Source: Puniceicoccaceae bacterium
Lineage (GTDB): Bacteria > Verrucomicrobiota > Verrucomicrobiia > Opitutales > Oceanipulchritudinaceae
Direction: 5' to 3'
NCBI GenBank assembly: GCA_040830765.1
Contig: JBFOMH010000009.1
Location: 96,001-160,000, forward strand
Length of the DNA: 64,000 nt
The position numbers were made by a program, and so were the translations under genes. The notes below the pieces were generated by a model. It did no database searches. It was not told the origin of the DNA and saw nothing but the letters and a program-made list of their open reading frames with translations. This document shows, one piece after another, positions 34,258 through 47,228 of this stretch; position 1 is the first letter of the stretch, and every line of letters starts with the position of its first letter.

Positions 34258-36564
34258 ATGCTGAAACAAAAACACTCCGTTACCGTAGAAGAATACGGTA
34301 TTACCATTGAAACGGGTACCCTGGCCAAGCAGGCCAATGGTGCCGTTACCATCCAGGTTGGCGAGACCACCGTGTTTGTCGCCGCCACCGCTGCCACCAG
34401 CATCCGTGAAGGACAGGATTGGTTCCCTCTACAGGTCGATTACCGTGAGAAATTCCACGCTGCCGGGCGCATCCCGGGTGGATTCTTCAAGCGCGAAGGC
34501 CGTCCCTCGGAAAAGGAAATCCTCACTTCCCGCCTCACTGACCGGCCGCTCCGCCCGCTTTTCCCGAAAGGCTTCTTCAATGAGGTCCAGGTGCAGTCCC
34601 TGCTCCTGACGGCGGACCTCGTCAATGAACCGGACATCCTGCTCGTCAATGGCGCATCCGCCGCCCTGATGTGTTCCGACATTCCGTGGAACGGCCCTGT
34701 CGCCTGTATCCGCGTCGGCCTCATCGACGGAGACTTTGTCGTCAACCCGACCCATGAGCAGCAGTACGAGTCCGAACTCGACCTCATTTATGTGGGTAAC
34801 GAAAAGGAAATGATGATGATCGAGGGCTCCGCCGAGGAAGTCCCGGAAGACAAATTCATCGCCGCCCTCGAGTTTGCCCAGGAAGCCATCCAGCCGATCA
34901 TCAAGGCCCAGAAGGAACTGGCCAAGATCGCCGGCAAGGAAAAGAAGACCTTCGACCTCTTTGTGGTCACCGACGAAAACCTCGCCTTTGCCCGTGAAAT
35001 CGTAGGCGAACGGATGGCCGAAGCCGTTTTCAAGGACTCCAAGTCCGACCGGCAGGCCGCTGTTGACGCCCTCAAGGACGAAGTGAAGGAAAAGATGATC
35101 GAGCGCGACGGGGAAGACGGTTTCGACCCCAACCAGCTGATGCTCGCCTTCGAGGTCCTGCAGGAGGAAATCTACCGCGAGAACATCCTCGACGCCGGCA
35201 AGCGTGCCGACGGTCGTGGCCCGGCCGATCTCCGCGACATCGAGTGCCAGGTTGGCCTCTATCCGCGGGTTCATGGCTCCGGCCTCTTCCAGCGTGGTGA
35301 AACCCAAGGTGTGGTCTTTACCACCCTCGGTTCCCGCTCCGACAACCAAAGCATGGACGGCCTCACCGGTGGTCCCCGCGAGAAGAGCTTCATCCTCCAC
35401 TACAACTTCCCGAACTATTCGGTTGGCGAAACCGGCCGTATCATGGGTCCGGGTCGCCGCGAAATCGGACACGGTGCCCTCGCTGAACGCTCCCTCCTCC
35501 CGGTTCTTCCGGCTGAGGACGAGTTCCCCTACACGGTCCGCCTGGTTTCCGAAATCATGGAATCCAACGGCTCGACCTCGATGGCTTCCGTCTGTGGCGG
35601 CAGCCTCTCCCTGATGGACGCCGGTGTGCCCATCAGCGGCATGGTGGCCGGCATCTCCTGCGGGCTCGTGACTCGCTTCGATGACAAGGGCGCCCTCCAG
35701 AAGCACGTTGTCCTTTCCGACATTATCGGTGCCGAAGACCACTTCGGTGACATGGACTTCAAAATTTGCGGTACCCGTAACGGGATCACCGGTTTCCAGC
35801 TGGACCTCAAGATCCAGGGACTTCCCCACGATGTGGCCAAGGAAGCCATTGCCCGCAATGCCGAGCTCCGCAACCAGATCCTCGATGCAATGTCCAAGAC
35901 CATCGAGAAGCCGCGTGAGGAACTCAGCCCGTACGCACCGCGCATCGAGACTATCATGATCGATCCGGAGAAGATTGGCCTCATCATTGGCCCGGGTGGC
36001 AAGACCATCCGCCGAATCTGCGAAGTTTCCGGTGCTGAAATCGACATTAATGAGGACAATTCCGGCCGTATTGACGTCTACGCGACCAGCGGGCCGTCCA
36101 TGCAGCGCGCCATCGAGGAAATCAAGGCCATGACTGCCGAGATCGAGGAAGGCAAGCTCTACCACGGCACTGTCCGCGGGGTGAAGGAATTCGGCTGCTT
36201 TGTCGAATGCCTGCCTGGCAAGGAAGGCCTGGTTCACGTTTCCGAACTGGCTGATTTCCGCGTCAACCGGGTCGAGGATGTCTGTTCCCTTGGCGACCAG
36301 ATGTGGGTCAAGTGTATCGGCATCGACGAAAAGGGCCGGGTCCGCCTGAGCCGCACCGCCGCGCTCGCCGAGCGTGAGGGTGAAGACGACGAAATCAGCG
36401 AAAAGGTGGCCGCCGCCAAGGAAAAGGCCGAGTCCGAACCGCCGCGTGAGCGCCGGGGAGGCCGCGGGGACCGCGGAGGCGACCGGGGTGACCGGGGTGA
36501 CCGGCCGCGCCGCCGTCAAGGTGACCGCCGCCGTCCGCCGCGCCGCCAGCGCGACGACGACTAG
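34258..36564 (+). CDS. pnp: Polyribonucleotide nucleotidyltransferase (PNPase)
   Basis: [41 protein letters not shown] and S1 domains. Confidence 0.99.
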   Translation: MLKQKHSVTVEEYGITIETGTLAKQANGAVTIQVGETTVFVAATAATSIREGQDWFPLQVDYREKFHAAGRIPGGFFKREGRPSEKEILTSRLTDRPLRPLFPKGFFNEVQVQSLLLTADLVNEPDILLVNGASAALMCSDIPWNGPVACIRVGLIDGDFVVNPTHEQQYESELDLIYVGNEKEMMMIEGSAEEVPEDKFIAALEFAQEAIQPIIKAQKELAKIAGKEKKTFDLFVVTDENLAFAREIVGERMAEAVFKDSKSDRQAAVDALKDEVKEKMIERDGEDGFDPNQLMLAFEVLQEEIYRENILDAGKRADGRGPADLRDIECQVGLYPRVHGSGLFQRGETQGVVFTTLGSRSDNQSMDGLTGGPREKSFILHYNFPNYSVGETGRIMGPGRREIGHGALAERSLLPVLPAEDEFPYTVRLVSEIMESNGSTSMASVCGGSLSLMDAGVPISGMVAGISCGLVTRFDDKGALQKHVVLSDIIGAEDHFGDMDFKICGTRNGITGFQLDLKIQGLPHDVAKEAIARNAELRNQILDAMSKTIEKPREELSPYAPRIETIMIDPEKIGLIIGPGGKTIRRICEVSGAEIDINEDNSGRIDVYATSGPSMQRAIEEIKAMTAEIEEGKLYHGTVRGVKEFGCFVECLPGKEGLVHVSELADFRVNRVEDVCSLGDQMWVKCIGIDEKGRVRLSRTAALAEREGEDDEISEKVAAAKEKAESEPPRERRGGRGDRGGDRGDRGDRPRRRQGDRRRPPRRQRDDD

Positions 36565-36673
36565 GCACAAAGCCTTATTTAGAGAGCAAATTTCATTTCG
36601 CTCTTCCAAATTACAGGAATTTTGATAAGGAATTTATCATCCCTTTAATCAATTCCCTATAAACCCACCCACC

Positions 36674-36716
36674 GAGCCCGGCCGGCCCCTCCAATTATCC
36701 GGCCGGGCTCTCTTTT
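36674..36716 (+). terminator. Intrinsic terminator after pnp
   Basis: GAGCCCGGCCGG-N13-CCGGCCGGGCTC-TCTTTT. Confidence 0.8.
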
Positions 36717-36782
36717 GTCCGAATACCAAATTGGCATTCTGTGGCATTGACCGGATTCGGTGAATCAGCAGAGTTGCTCATC

Positions 36783-37358
36783 ATGTTGCTGGTCATCGAC
36801 AATTTTGATTCCTTCACCTACAACCTCGTCCAGTATTTCGGGGAACTCGGGGTGGAGCAGAAGGTATTCCGCAACGACGAAATATCCCCCGCTGAAGCCC
36901 TTTCCCTCAAGCCGGACAAGGTTCTCCTTTCTCCCGGGCCCTGCAGCCCCAATGAGGCCGGCAACAGCCTCTCCATCCTCGAAGCCTTTGCCCCTACAGG
37001 CATTCCCCTGTTTGGCGTCTGTCTTGGGCACCAGTGCGTCGGTCAGTACTTTGGAGGCAAGGTCATCCGTGCCGACCGCCTGATGCACGGCAAGACCTCC
37101 CCCATCCACCATACCGGAATGGGACTCTTCGCCGACTTGCCCCAGGATTTTCATGCCACCCGCTACCATTCCCTCCTCGTCGAGAAAGCCTCCCTTCCCG
37201 ATTGTCTCGAGATTACAGCAGAGACCAGCGAAGGCGAAATAATGGGCCTCCAGCACCGGGAATTACCCATCCATGGAGTCCAGTTTCACCCGGAGTCCAT
37301 GGCCACGGAAAACGGCATGCAACTGCTCCGGAATTTCCTCTCCGTCAAGGTAAGCTAA
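36783..37358 (+). CDS. trpG: Anthranilate/aminodeoxychorismate synthase component II (TrpG/PabA)
   Basis: [41 protein letters not shown]; cannot distinguish trpG from pabA. Confidence 0.9.
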   Translation: MLLVIDNFDSFTYNLVQYFGELGVEQKVFRNDEISPAEALSLKPDKVLLSPGPCSPNEAGNSLSILEAFAPTGIPLFGVCLGHQCVGQYFGGKVIRADRLMHGKTSPIHHTGMGLFADLPQDFHATRYHSLLVEKASLPDCLEITAETSEGEIMGLQHRELPIHGVQFHPESMATENGMQLLRNFLSVKVS

Positions 37359-37496
37359 CGGTATTGAAAAAAGCTGCGATCAGGGGCCAAAATAACCCCT
37401 TTTTCGCTTGCCCTTACCCTCCCTTTTCTGGCCTAATAAAGCCTTTCCCGGAACCCGGCTTCGGCCGGATTTTTAAGTTTTATAACATGCTGATAA

Positions 37497-39986
<2,490 letters not shown>

Positions 39987-40019
39987 TCTTCCTGTTTTCA
40001 CCTCCCGCGATTCCGCGTA

Positions 40020-42446
40020 ATGTATACTGAAAAAGAAAAAGTCACCCAGTCGAACATCACCGATGTCATGGAACGGGCCTACATCGATTACTCGATGTCG
40101 GTCATTATCAGCCGGGCCCTCCCGGATGCCCGTGACGGACTCAAGCCGGTGCAGCGCCGTATTCTCTACTCGATGCTGCGCCAGGGGCTGATTCACAACC
40201 GCAGCTTTGACAAGTGTGCCGCCGTCGTGGGTGAGGTGCTCGGCAAGTACCACCCCCACGGGGATGCTTCCGTCTACGACACACTCGTCCGGATGGCCCA
40301 GAACTGGGTCATGCGCGTCCCGCTCGTCGACCCACAGGGTAATTTCGGTTCCATCGACGGTGACCCGCCCGCGGCCTACCGTTACACGGAGTGTCGCCTG
40401 ACCGCGGCAGCCGAGGAACTCATCCGGCAAATCGATGAGGACACGGTCGACTTTGTTCCCAATTACAAGGAGGATACGACCGAGCCAAGTGTCCTTCCAG
40501 CGGCCCTTCCGAGCCTCCTCATGAACGGCTCCACGGGGATTGCCGTTGGCATGACGACCAACATTCCACCGCACAATTTGGGTGAGCTGATCGACGGCAC
40601 TTGTGCCCTCATCGACAACCCGAACATGGAAATCGATGACCTGGCCAAGATTATCCTCGGCCCGGACTTCCCGACCGGTGGCTGCATCCTCGGTCGCGAG
40701 GGTATCGACAAGTACATCCGCACCGGCCGCGGCATCGTCCGCATGCGGGGCGTCATCCACACCGAGGAACTGAAGCAGGGCAAGGAACAGCTCGTCATTA
40801 CCGAGATTCCCTACAACGTGAACCGGGCCAACCTGGTGACACGGATTGCCGACCTCGTCCAGAGCAAGGTCATCGAGGGTATCAGCGATCTTCGCGACGA
40901 ATCGGATGAAAACACCCGCATCGTCATCGAGTTGAAACGAGGCGAGATCCCGCGGGTCGTCGTCAACAAGCTATTCAAGCACACCCCTCTGGAGTCCTCA
41001 TTCGGGGTCATCCTCCTGGCACTGGTCGACCGGCGCCCCAAGGAGATGAACATGAAGGAAATGCTCGAAGTCTATGTCGAGCACCGGCGCGAGGTGGTCA
41101 GCCGCCGCACCGCCTTCCGCAAGGCCAAGGCGGAAGCCCGGGCCCACATCCTCGAAGGCCTCAAGATCGCCCTCGATAACCTCGATGACTTCGTCAAGAT
41201 CATCCGGGCCAGCCGCAACCGCGACGAGGCCAAGATTCGTCTCATGGACAAGTATCCGCTCTCCCTCAAGCAGACGGATGCCATCCTCGACATGCGCCTC
41301 TACCAGTTGACCGGTCTCGAGCGGGAAAAGATCGAGGCAGAGTACCTCGAGCTGATCAAGCTCATCCAGGAATTGACGGAAATCCTCGAAAACGAGAACC
41401 GGCTGCTGGAAGTCATCAAGACCGAGCTTCTGGAACTGAAGGACAAGTACGCGACCCCGCGGATGACCCAGTTCCTGCCGGATGAAGGCGAATTCCGGAT
41501 GGAGGACCTGATTGTCAACGAAGGTTGCTGCATCACCATTTCCAGCAAGGGCTTCATCAAGCGTACCCCGGTGAGCAGTTTCCGCTCCCAGCGGCGCGGT
41601 GGCAAGGGTGTCATTGGAGCCGGTTCCCATGATGAGGATTACGTCGAGCACCTCTTCACCGCCAGCACCCATGACTACATGATGTTCTTCATGAACAACG
41701 GTCGGGTCTACGTGGAGAAGGTCTTCGACATCCCCGAAGGAACACGCATTTCCAAGGGCCGCAGCATCGCCAATGTCCTTGCCCTGCAAAAGGATGAGCG
41801 CATCGCGGCGATGATCCCGGTCAAGGAATTCGACGAGAGCCTGCATCTTGTCATGTCCACCCGGAAAGGGGTGGTCAAAAAGACCAACCTCTCGGATTAC
41901 AAGAACTTCCGGCGCGGTGGAATCATCGGTATCAATGTCGATGACGGGGACTCCCTCATCGGGGTCAAGCTGACCGGAGGAGAGGATGAACTGTGCATGA
42001 TCACCCGCAAGGGCATGTCCATCCGCTTCAAGGAAACTGACCTGCGTGACCAGGGACGGGCCACTCGCGGGGTCAAGGGAATCACCCTCAAGGGTAAGGA
42101 CGACTATGTCGTCACGATCGAGGTTGTCCGGGAAAACGAGACCCTTCTCATCGCCGGCCAGAACGGTCAGGGCAAGCGGACCGCGTTCGACCAATACCGA
42201 CTCCAGAAGCGCGGGGGAAGCGGCATCATCGCAATGCGTACCACCAGCGTTGCTGGCGCCCTCAGCGTCAGCGAGGAGGATGAAATCATGATGCTCACCA
42301 ACGGCGGGCAGGCCGTTCGTACCCGGGTCAAGGAAGTCCGGGTTATCGGTCGCACGACCCAGGGCGTCCGCCTCATCAACCTTGCTGAAGGCGATTCCCT
42401 GATCGGGATCAACCGCATCATCGAAGTCGACGAGGAAGAAGCCTAA
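40020..42446 (+). CDS. gyrA: DNA gyrase subunit A
   Basis: RDGLKPVQRR, HPHGD, AAYRYTE, GyrA-box QRRGGKG. Confidence 0.98.
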   Translation: MYTEKEKVTQSNITDVMERAYIDYSMSVIISRALPDARDGLKPVQRRILYSMLRQGLIHNRSFDKCAAVVGEVLGKYHPHGDASVYDTLVRMAQNWVMRVPLVDPQGNFGSIDGDPPAAYRYTECRLTAAAEELIRQIDEDTVDFVPNYKEDTTEPSVLPAALPSLLMNGSTGIAVGMTTNIPPHNLGELIDGTCALIDNPNMEIDDLAKIILGPDFPTGGCILGREGIDKYIRTGRGIVRMRGVIHTEELKQGKEQLVITEIPYNVNRANLVTRIADLVQSKVIEGISDLRDESDENTRIVIELKRGEIPRVVVNKLFKHTPLESSFGVILLALVDRRPKEMNMKEMLEVYVEHRREVVSRRTAFRKAKAEARAHILEGLKIALDNLDDFVKIIRASRNRDEAKIRLMDKYPLSLKQTDAILDMRLYQLTGLEREKIEAEYLELIKLIQELTEILENENRLLEVIKTELLELKDKYATPRMTQFLPDEGEFRMEDLIVNEGCCITISSKGFIKRTPVSSFRSQRRGGKGVIGAGSHDEDYVEHLFTASTHDYMMFFMNNGRVYVEKVFDIPEGTRISKGRSIANVLALQKDERIAAMIPVKEFDESLHLVMSTRKGVVKKTNLSDYKNFRRGGIIGINVDDGDSLIGVKLTGGEDELCMITRKGMSIRFKETDLRDQGRATRGVKGITLKGKDDYVVTIEVVRENETLLIAGQNGQGKRTAFDQYRLQKRGGSGIIAMRTTSVAGALSVSEEDEIMMLTNGGQAVRTRVKEVRVIGRTTQGVRLINLAEGDSLIGINRIIEVDEEEA

Positions 42447-42505
42447 ATTCCGGGACCGGAATTTTCCTTTCCTTAAGGAGCCTGATCCCTAGACTCGCGG
42501 GCCAC

Positions 42506-43861
42506 ATGAAAGTTGTGATTGTTGGTGCCGGTGAGGTGGGACGCCACTTGAGCCATGTGCTGAGTGACGCCAACCACGATGTCACCGTCGTCGAGAGGGA
42601 TCCGGACCGGGCCGCCACTATTGACGAGGAACACAATGTCCGTGTCATCCACGGAAGTGGCAGCGTCGCGGCAACGGTGAAGAAGGCCATCGCCGATGGC
42701 TGCGATCACTTCATCGCCATGACCAGCCAGGATGAGATTAACCTCATCTCCTGTTCGCTGGCCCGGGTCCTCGGCGCGAAAAACGTCATCAGCCGGATTC
42801 ACGACCAGACCTTCACGGATACCTCCCATGTCAATATTCCCCTCCACTTCGGGATCGACATGATGCTCAACCCGGAGGGCCTGAGCGCTCTTGAGCTGGC
42901 AAAGTCCATCCGCAATCCGGCCCGCATCGCGGTGGAGAACTTCGCCCGCGGTGAGATTGAGGCCCAGCGCATTACGGTCGACAAGCGGGCCCGGTTCCGC
43001 GGCAAGGCGCTGAAAGAGCTGAAGCTGCCTTCCCAGATCAAGTTTGGCTTCTACCAGCGGGGCGACGAACAGGACATTCCCTCCGCCGACACCGTGCTCG
43101 AGGAAGGGGATGTGGTCATCGTCTTTGGCCCGCCCAGCGAGCTTTACAAACTGCGCATGAATCTCGATCCGCACTCCACCGGCGAAGAAGTCCGGGTGGT
43201 CATTTTTGGAGGGAGCGAAACCGCCGTGGCCCTCGTCCGGTTGTTGAATAATCCGCGTTTCAAGGTCCGGGTCATTGAACAGGATGAAGACAAATGCCGT
43301 CGGTTGGCCGAGCGCTTTCCGCAGGTCACCTTCATCAATGGTGATGGTACCTCTCTGCGGTTGCTCGAAGAGGAGCAGATCGGTAATGCCGATTACTTCG
43401 TCGCCTCCACCAGTGATGACGAACGCAACGTCATGACCAGTATCCAGGCCGCCAAACTGGGTGCCCGGCATGTCCAGACGGTCATCAACAAGAGCGACTA
43501 TGAGGAAATTCTCCTCAATCTCCGCTCAGCCCTGGACATTGAGATGCTTGTTTCGCCCCGTATCGTTACCGCAAACGAAGTTCACCGCTATATCTCCAGT
43601 GCCGCCTATGTGGATCTCTTCCGCTTTCCCAACCAGTCGGCACGAATCCTCGAGATCCAGGTTTCCCTCGATAGTTCCTGTGCCGGCAAGAAACTGAAGG
43701 AGATAAAGTGGCCCAAGCACGCGGTGCTGGTGGCCCTCCTGCATAAATTCCAGGCCAAGGTTCCCGGAGCCGACGACACCATCCTCGCCGGTGACCGGGT
43801 AGTCGTCATCACCCGCGAAGAGAACCTGAAGGACCTTCTCCAGTTGCTCCACCCACATTAA
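42506..43861 (+). CDS. trkA: Trk system K+ uptake RCK subunit
   Basis: GAGEVG, two RCK_N/RCK_C units, 451 aa, upstream of TrkH. Confidence 0.93.
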   Translation: MKVVIVGAGEVGRHLSHVLSDANHDVTVVERDPDRAATIDEEHNVRVIHGSGSVAATVKKAIADGCDHFIAMTSQDEINLISCSLARVLGAKNVISRIHDQTFTDTSHVNIPLHFGIDMMLNPEGLSALELAKSIRNPARIAVENFARGEIEAQRITVDKRARFRGKALKELKLPSQIKFGFYQRGDEQDIPSADTVLEEGDVVIVFGPPSELYKLRMNLDPHSTGEEVRVVIFGGSETAVALVRLLNNPRFKVRVIEQDEDKCRRLAERFPQVTFINGDGTSLRLLEEEQIGNADYFVASTSDDERNVMTSIQAAKLGARHVQTVINKSDYEEILLNLRSALDIEMLVSPRIVTANEVHRYISSAAYVDLFRFPNQSARILEIQVSLDSSCAGKKLKEIKWPKHAVLVALLHKFQAKVPGADDTILAGDRVVVITREENLKDLLQLLHPH

Positions 43862-43891
43862 GGGACGGCGACCATCCGATCAGCAAGGCGC

Positions 43892-45367
43892 ATGAATTAC
43901 GCAATCCTTTTCAAGCTGCAAAGTGTCATCCTCGGGGCGATGGCAACGGCCTTTGCCGTTTGTTTCGGGATCGCCCTGGTGTTTGATAACGGCCACTCGA
44001 CCTACCTCTCAGTCCAGGGATTTGCCATCAGTTTTCTGGTCGCGGGCTCCCTTTCGCTGGGTTGTTTCATCCTTGGCAAGACAGGGGACAATACCCTTTT
44101 CCGGAAGGAGGCACTGGCTACCGTCGGTTGCGGTTGGATCGTGGCCAGCCTCACTGGTGCCCTGCCCTATTTTCTCATCCTTCCCGACATTTCCTTTAAC
44201 GAGGCCTTTTTTGAATCTGCTTCCGGCCTGACAACGACAGGGGCCTCCGTCCTTAGTAACCTCGAGTCCCTCCCGCGCAGTCTTCACTTCTGGCGTGGTC
44301 TCAGCCAGTGGATGGGCGGTCTCGGGGTGGTCGTCTTTTTTGTCGCCGTCCTCTCTTTTCTCGGTGCCGGGGCCAAGGTGCTCTTCTCGCGGGAGTCCTC
44401 CGCCCAAGCTGCCGATTTGAACACCTCCCGGGTCCAGTCCGGCGTCCTCAAGCTGGTCAAGCTCTACCTGGCCCTGTCGGTTGCCTGCACAATCGTCTTT
44501 TGGATCTGTGGGCTCTCCTGGTTTGAATCGGTCATTCATATGTTTACCACCCTGAGTACCGGGGGATTCAGTACCCGTTCCGGCAGCATCGCCGATTTCA
44601 ACAATCCGGCCCTCGAGTGGTGTGTTATCCTCTTTATGGCTCTCGGAGGCACCAGCTTCCTGCTCATTCTCGACGCCTTTGGCCGCCGGTGGAAGCGAAT
44701 TGCCAGATCCACAGAGTTCAAGGCCTACTATCTGCTTCTGGCCGGATTCTCGGTCGCCATTACGGTTTTCCTGATGATTGACCCAAATGGCGATTTGGCC
44801 CTTCCGGACGCTATCCGGACCGCTGCTTTCCAGGTTGTTTCGATAATGACCACGACGGGATTTGCTACTGCTGACTTTGATGTCTGGCTGCCGGTTACCC
44901 ACATTCTCCTCCTGGCAGCCATGGTCATCGGTGGGTGCTCCGGATCAACCGCCGGCGGAACCAAGGTCATCCGCTTTATTGTCGCGCTGAAGGTATCCGC
45001 CCAACAGGTGGAAAAAGCCTACCGTTCCCGTGTCATCCGCCCCCTCAAGGTCAATGGCAAGAGCCTTTCCCTCGGCGAACAGGAAACGGTCCTCGTCTAC
45101 ATTGTCATTCTCACCCTGATTATCTTCTCCGGCACCCTTTTGATCTCCTTTCTGGAGCCAGCAATGAGTTTCGAGGGGACCGTCTCCTCGATGGCTGCCT
45201 GCATCTTCAATATCGGGCCGGGGTTTGCCGAAATTGGACCCACCCGGAATTTTGCTGGATTACATGCCTATACTCAGGTTTTTCTATCCATACTCATGAT
45301 TATGGGCCGCCTGGAATTATTCGCTTTGCTGGTTCTGTTCTCGCCCAGCCTCTGGAAACGCTTTTAA
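43892..45367 (+). CDS. trkH: Trk system K+ channel membrane subunit
   Basis: FESASGLTTTGAS, STGGFS, TTTGF, GGCSGSTAGG.K, NIGPG, GRLE. Confidence 0.95.
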   Translation: MNYAILFKLQSVILGAMATAFAVCFGIALVFDNGHSTYLSVQGFAISFLVAGSLSLGCFILGKTGDNTLFRKEALATVGCGWIVASLTGALPYFLILPDISFNEAFFESASGLTTTGASVLSNLESLPRSLHFWRGLSQWMGGLGVVVFFVAVLSFLGAGAKVLFSRESSAQAADLNTSRVQSGVLKLVKLYLALSVACTIVFWICGLSWFESVIHMFTTLSTGGFSTRSGSIADFNNPALEWCVILFMALGGTSFLLILDAFGRRWKRIARSTEFKAYYLLLAGFSVAITVFLMIDPNGDLALPDAIRTAAFQVVSIMTTTGFATADFDVWLPVTHILLLAAMVIGGCSGSTAGGTKVIRFIVALKVSAQQVEKAYRSRVIRPLKVNGKSLSLGEQETVLVYIVILTLIIFSGTLLISFLEPAMSFEGTVSSMAACIFNIGPGFAEIGPTRNFAGLHAYTQVFLSILMIMGRLELFALLVLFSPSLWKRF

Positions 45368-45438
45368 TGCAGTCAAAATCTCAAGTATTTGCGTAAAGTT
45401 ACGAACGCCAACACCCCCTAAATCGTCATATTTCCTGA

Positions 45439-46458
45439 ATGAGCCAGCCTGAAGACAGCATCGTTGCCAAAAACCTGTTCAAGCGATTTGGCCGCACCGA
45501 GGCCGTGAACGACCTGTCCTTCCGCATTGGAAAGGGTCAGATCGTCGGTTTCCTGGGTCCAAACGGGGCTGGGAAGAGCACCACGTTGCGCATGTTGACG
45601 GGTATTCTCCCGGCAACATCGGGATACCTCAATGTCTGTGGAAAGTCCGTCCCCCTGCATGAGCGGGAAATCCGCCGGGAAATCGGCTACATGCCGGAAA
45701 ACAATCCATTGCCCGATGATATGCGGGTGATCGAGTACCTCCGCTTCCGGGCACAAATCAAGGGCATCCCCCTCCGGAAACGCCGGGCTCGTATCGAGCA
45801 TGCCATGGAAGTCTGCGAATTGCAGAGGAAGGCCCGACGCAAGATCATTGGGACCTTGTCAAAAGGCTTCCGCCAGAGGGTCGGTATCGCAGACGCCATC
45901 CTCGCTGAACCCTCGGTGACCATCCTTGACGAACCCACCATCGGGCTGGATCCCCACCAGGTGATCGCCATTCGCCGCCTGCTCGACAACTTGAGAGGCG
46001 AGACAACCGTCATTTTCTCCAGCCATATCCTTTCCGAAGTTGAAATCTCCTGCGACCGGATTCTCATCCTCAATCAAGGAAGACTGGTTGCCTCCGGAAC
46101 CTCTGACGACTTGAGGGCCGAGTTCCTTCCCGGCTCACATTTCAGGCTCGAGGTTGCCGGTGAGCCCGCCTCGATCACTAATTCCCTCCAGTCCCTCGGT
46201 GATGAGTGGACAATTGACCTCTCCCCTATCCCCAATAATGGATTTTACGAGGTCAGCCTCCTGAACACGGATAACGGCAGTGACGGGGAAGCCATTCTCG
46301 GCCAGCTGTCCAATATGGAGAATCTGCGCATCCGGTCCTTTCATTCAGTGCAACCCAACCTTGAACAGATTTTCCTCAAGGCAACCCGCAGAAGTTGGGA
46401 TCTTCCCGGCGAGACCCCTCCCGTCCTTCCGCAAAAAGAAACAGCATCCACCAAATGA
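45439..46458 (+). CDS. ABC ATP-binding subunit (GldA-like)
   Basis: GPNGAGKST, LSKGFRQRVG, ILDEPTIGLDP, SSHIL. Confidence 0.92.
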   Translation: MSQPEDSIVAKNLFKRFGRTEAVNDLSFRIGKGQIVGFLGPNGAGKSTTLRMLTGILPATSGYLNVCGKSVPLHEREIRREIGYMPENNPLPDDMRVIEYLRFRAQIKGIPLRKRRARIEHAMEVCELQRKARRKIIGTLSKGFRQRVGIADAILAEPSVTILDEPTIGLDPHQVIAIRRLLDNLRGETTVIFSSHILSEVEISCDRILILNQGRLVASGTSDDLRAEFLPGSHFRLEVAGEPASITNSLQSLGDEWTIDLSPIPNNGFYEVSLLNTDNGSDGEAILGQLSNMENLRIRSFHSVQPNLEQIFLKATRRSWDLPGETPPVLPQKETASTK

Positions 46459-47219
46459 TTCAGGTTTTCCGACTGACCCGGCACGAGTTGAAAAGCTTGT
46501 TCTACACACCAAGCACCTACATTGCCATGGTGCTCTCCCTCCTCATGATGGGATTCTTCTACTTTGTCATGCTGGAGACCATCAGCTCCGAGGAACAGGA
46601 CCAGTTGCCCCCGACCATTTTCTTCAGCCTTTTCTGGGTTCCCGTCCTCCTCATTGTCCCCATGCTGACCATGCGCAGTATCGCCGAGGAACGCCGCCTG
46701 GGGACGATTGAGACCCTGCTGACAGCGCCCGTCCAGCCGTCCCAGCTGGTCCTCTCCAAGTTTTTGGCTGCGTATATTTTCTACATGCTGGTCTGGGTCC
46801 TGGCCATGGCCTATCCTGTCCTGACCGCCCTTGTGATCGACCAGCCCGAGTTCAATGAGAAGTTGTTCCACGCCGGGGCCACAACCGGTGGCTACCTCTT
46901 CATCGCTGCCTCGGGAGCCCTCTTCATCGCCATCGGCATCTTTACCAGCAGCCTGACCCGCAGCCAGTTGGTGGCGGGAATGTTGTCCTTCAGCATCCTC
47001 TTCATGCTCATCGTCGGGGTGGCGGCCATTCACATGCTCCAGATCGAGACAGCAACGGGTAGTGGCCTTCCCGATACGGTTCTCGATTACTTCCAGTTGT
47101 TCGAGCACTTCGACGACTTCAGCCGCGGGCTCATCGACACCCGGCCGTTTGTCTATTACTTTTCCGGAACCATCGCTGTTCTGGGCTTCTCCGTCCTTGT
47201 CATCGAATCCAAGAGTTGA
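46455..47219 (+). CDS. ABC-2 type permease (GldF-like)
   Basis: ELKSLF.TP..Y, P.LTMRSIAEERRLGTIETLLTAPV, KFLA, HF..FSRGLID; ATGA overlap. Confidence 0.9.
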   Translation: MIQVFRLTRHELKSLFYTPSTYIAMVLSLLMMGFFYFVMLETISSEEQDQLPPTIFFSLFWVPVLLIVPMLTMRSIAEERRLGTIETLLTAPVQPSQLVLSKFLAAYIFYMLVWVLAMAYPVLTALVIDQPEFNEKLFHAGATTGGYLFIAASGALFIAIGIFTSSLTRSQLVAGMLSFSILFMLIVGVAAIHMLQIETATGSGLPDTVLDYFQLFEHFDDFSRGLIDTRPFVYYFSGTIAVLGFSVLVIESKS

Positions 47220-47228
47220 TCAACGATC

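Noticed and set aside
34429..36609. 726-aa antisense ORF over pnp, and similar long ones over gyrB (37539-39263, 39273-40760), gyrA, glgE and glyA
   Set aside because: They mirror highly biased sense genes in the antisense register, where GC3-rich codon usage avoids stops; no recognisable motifs
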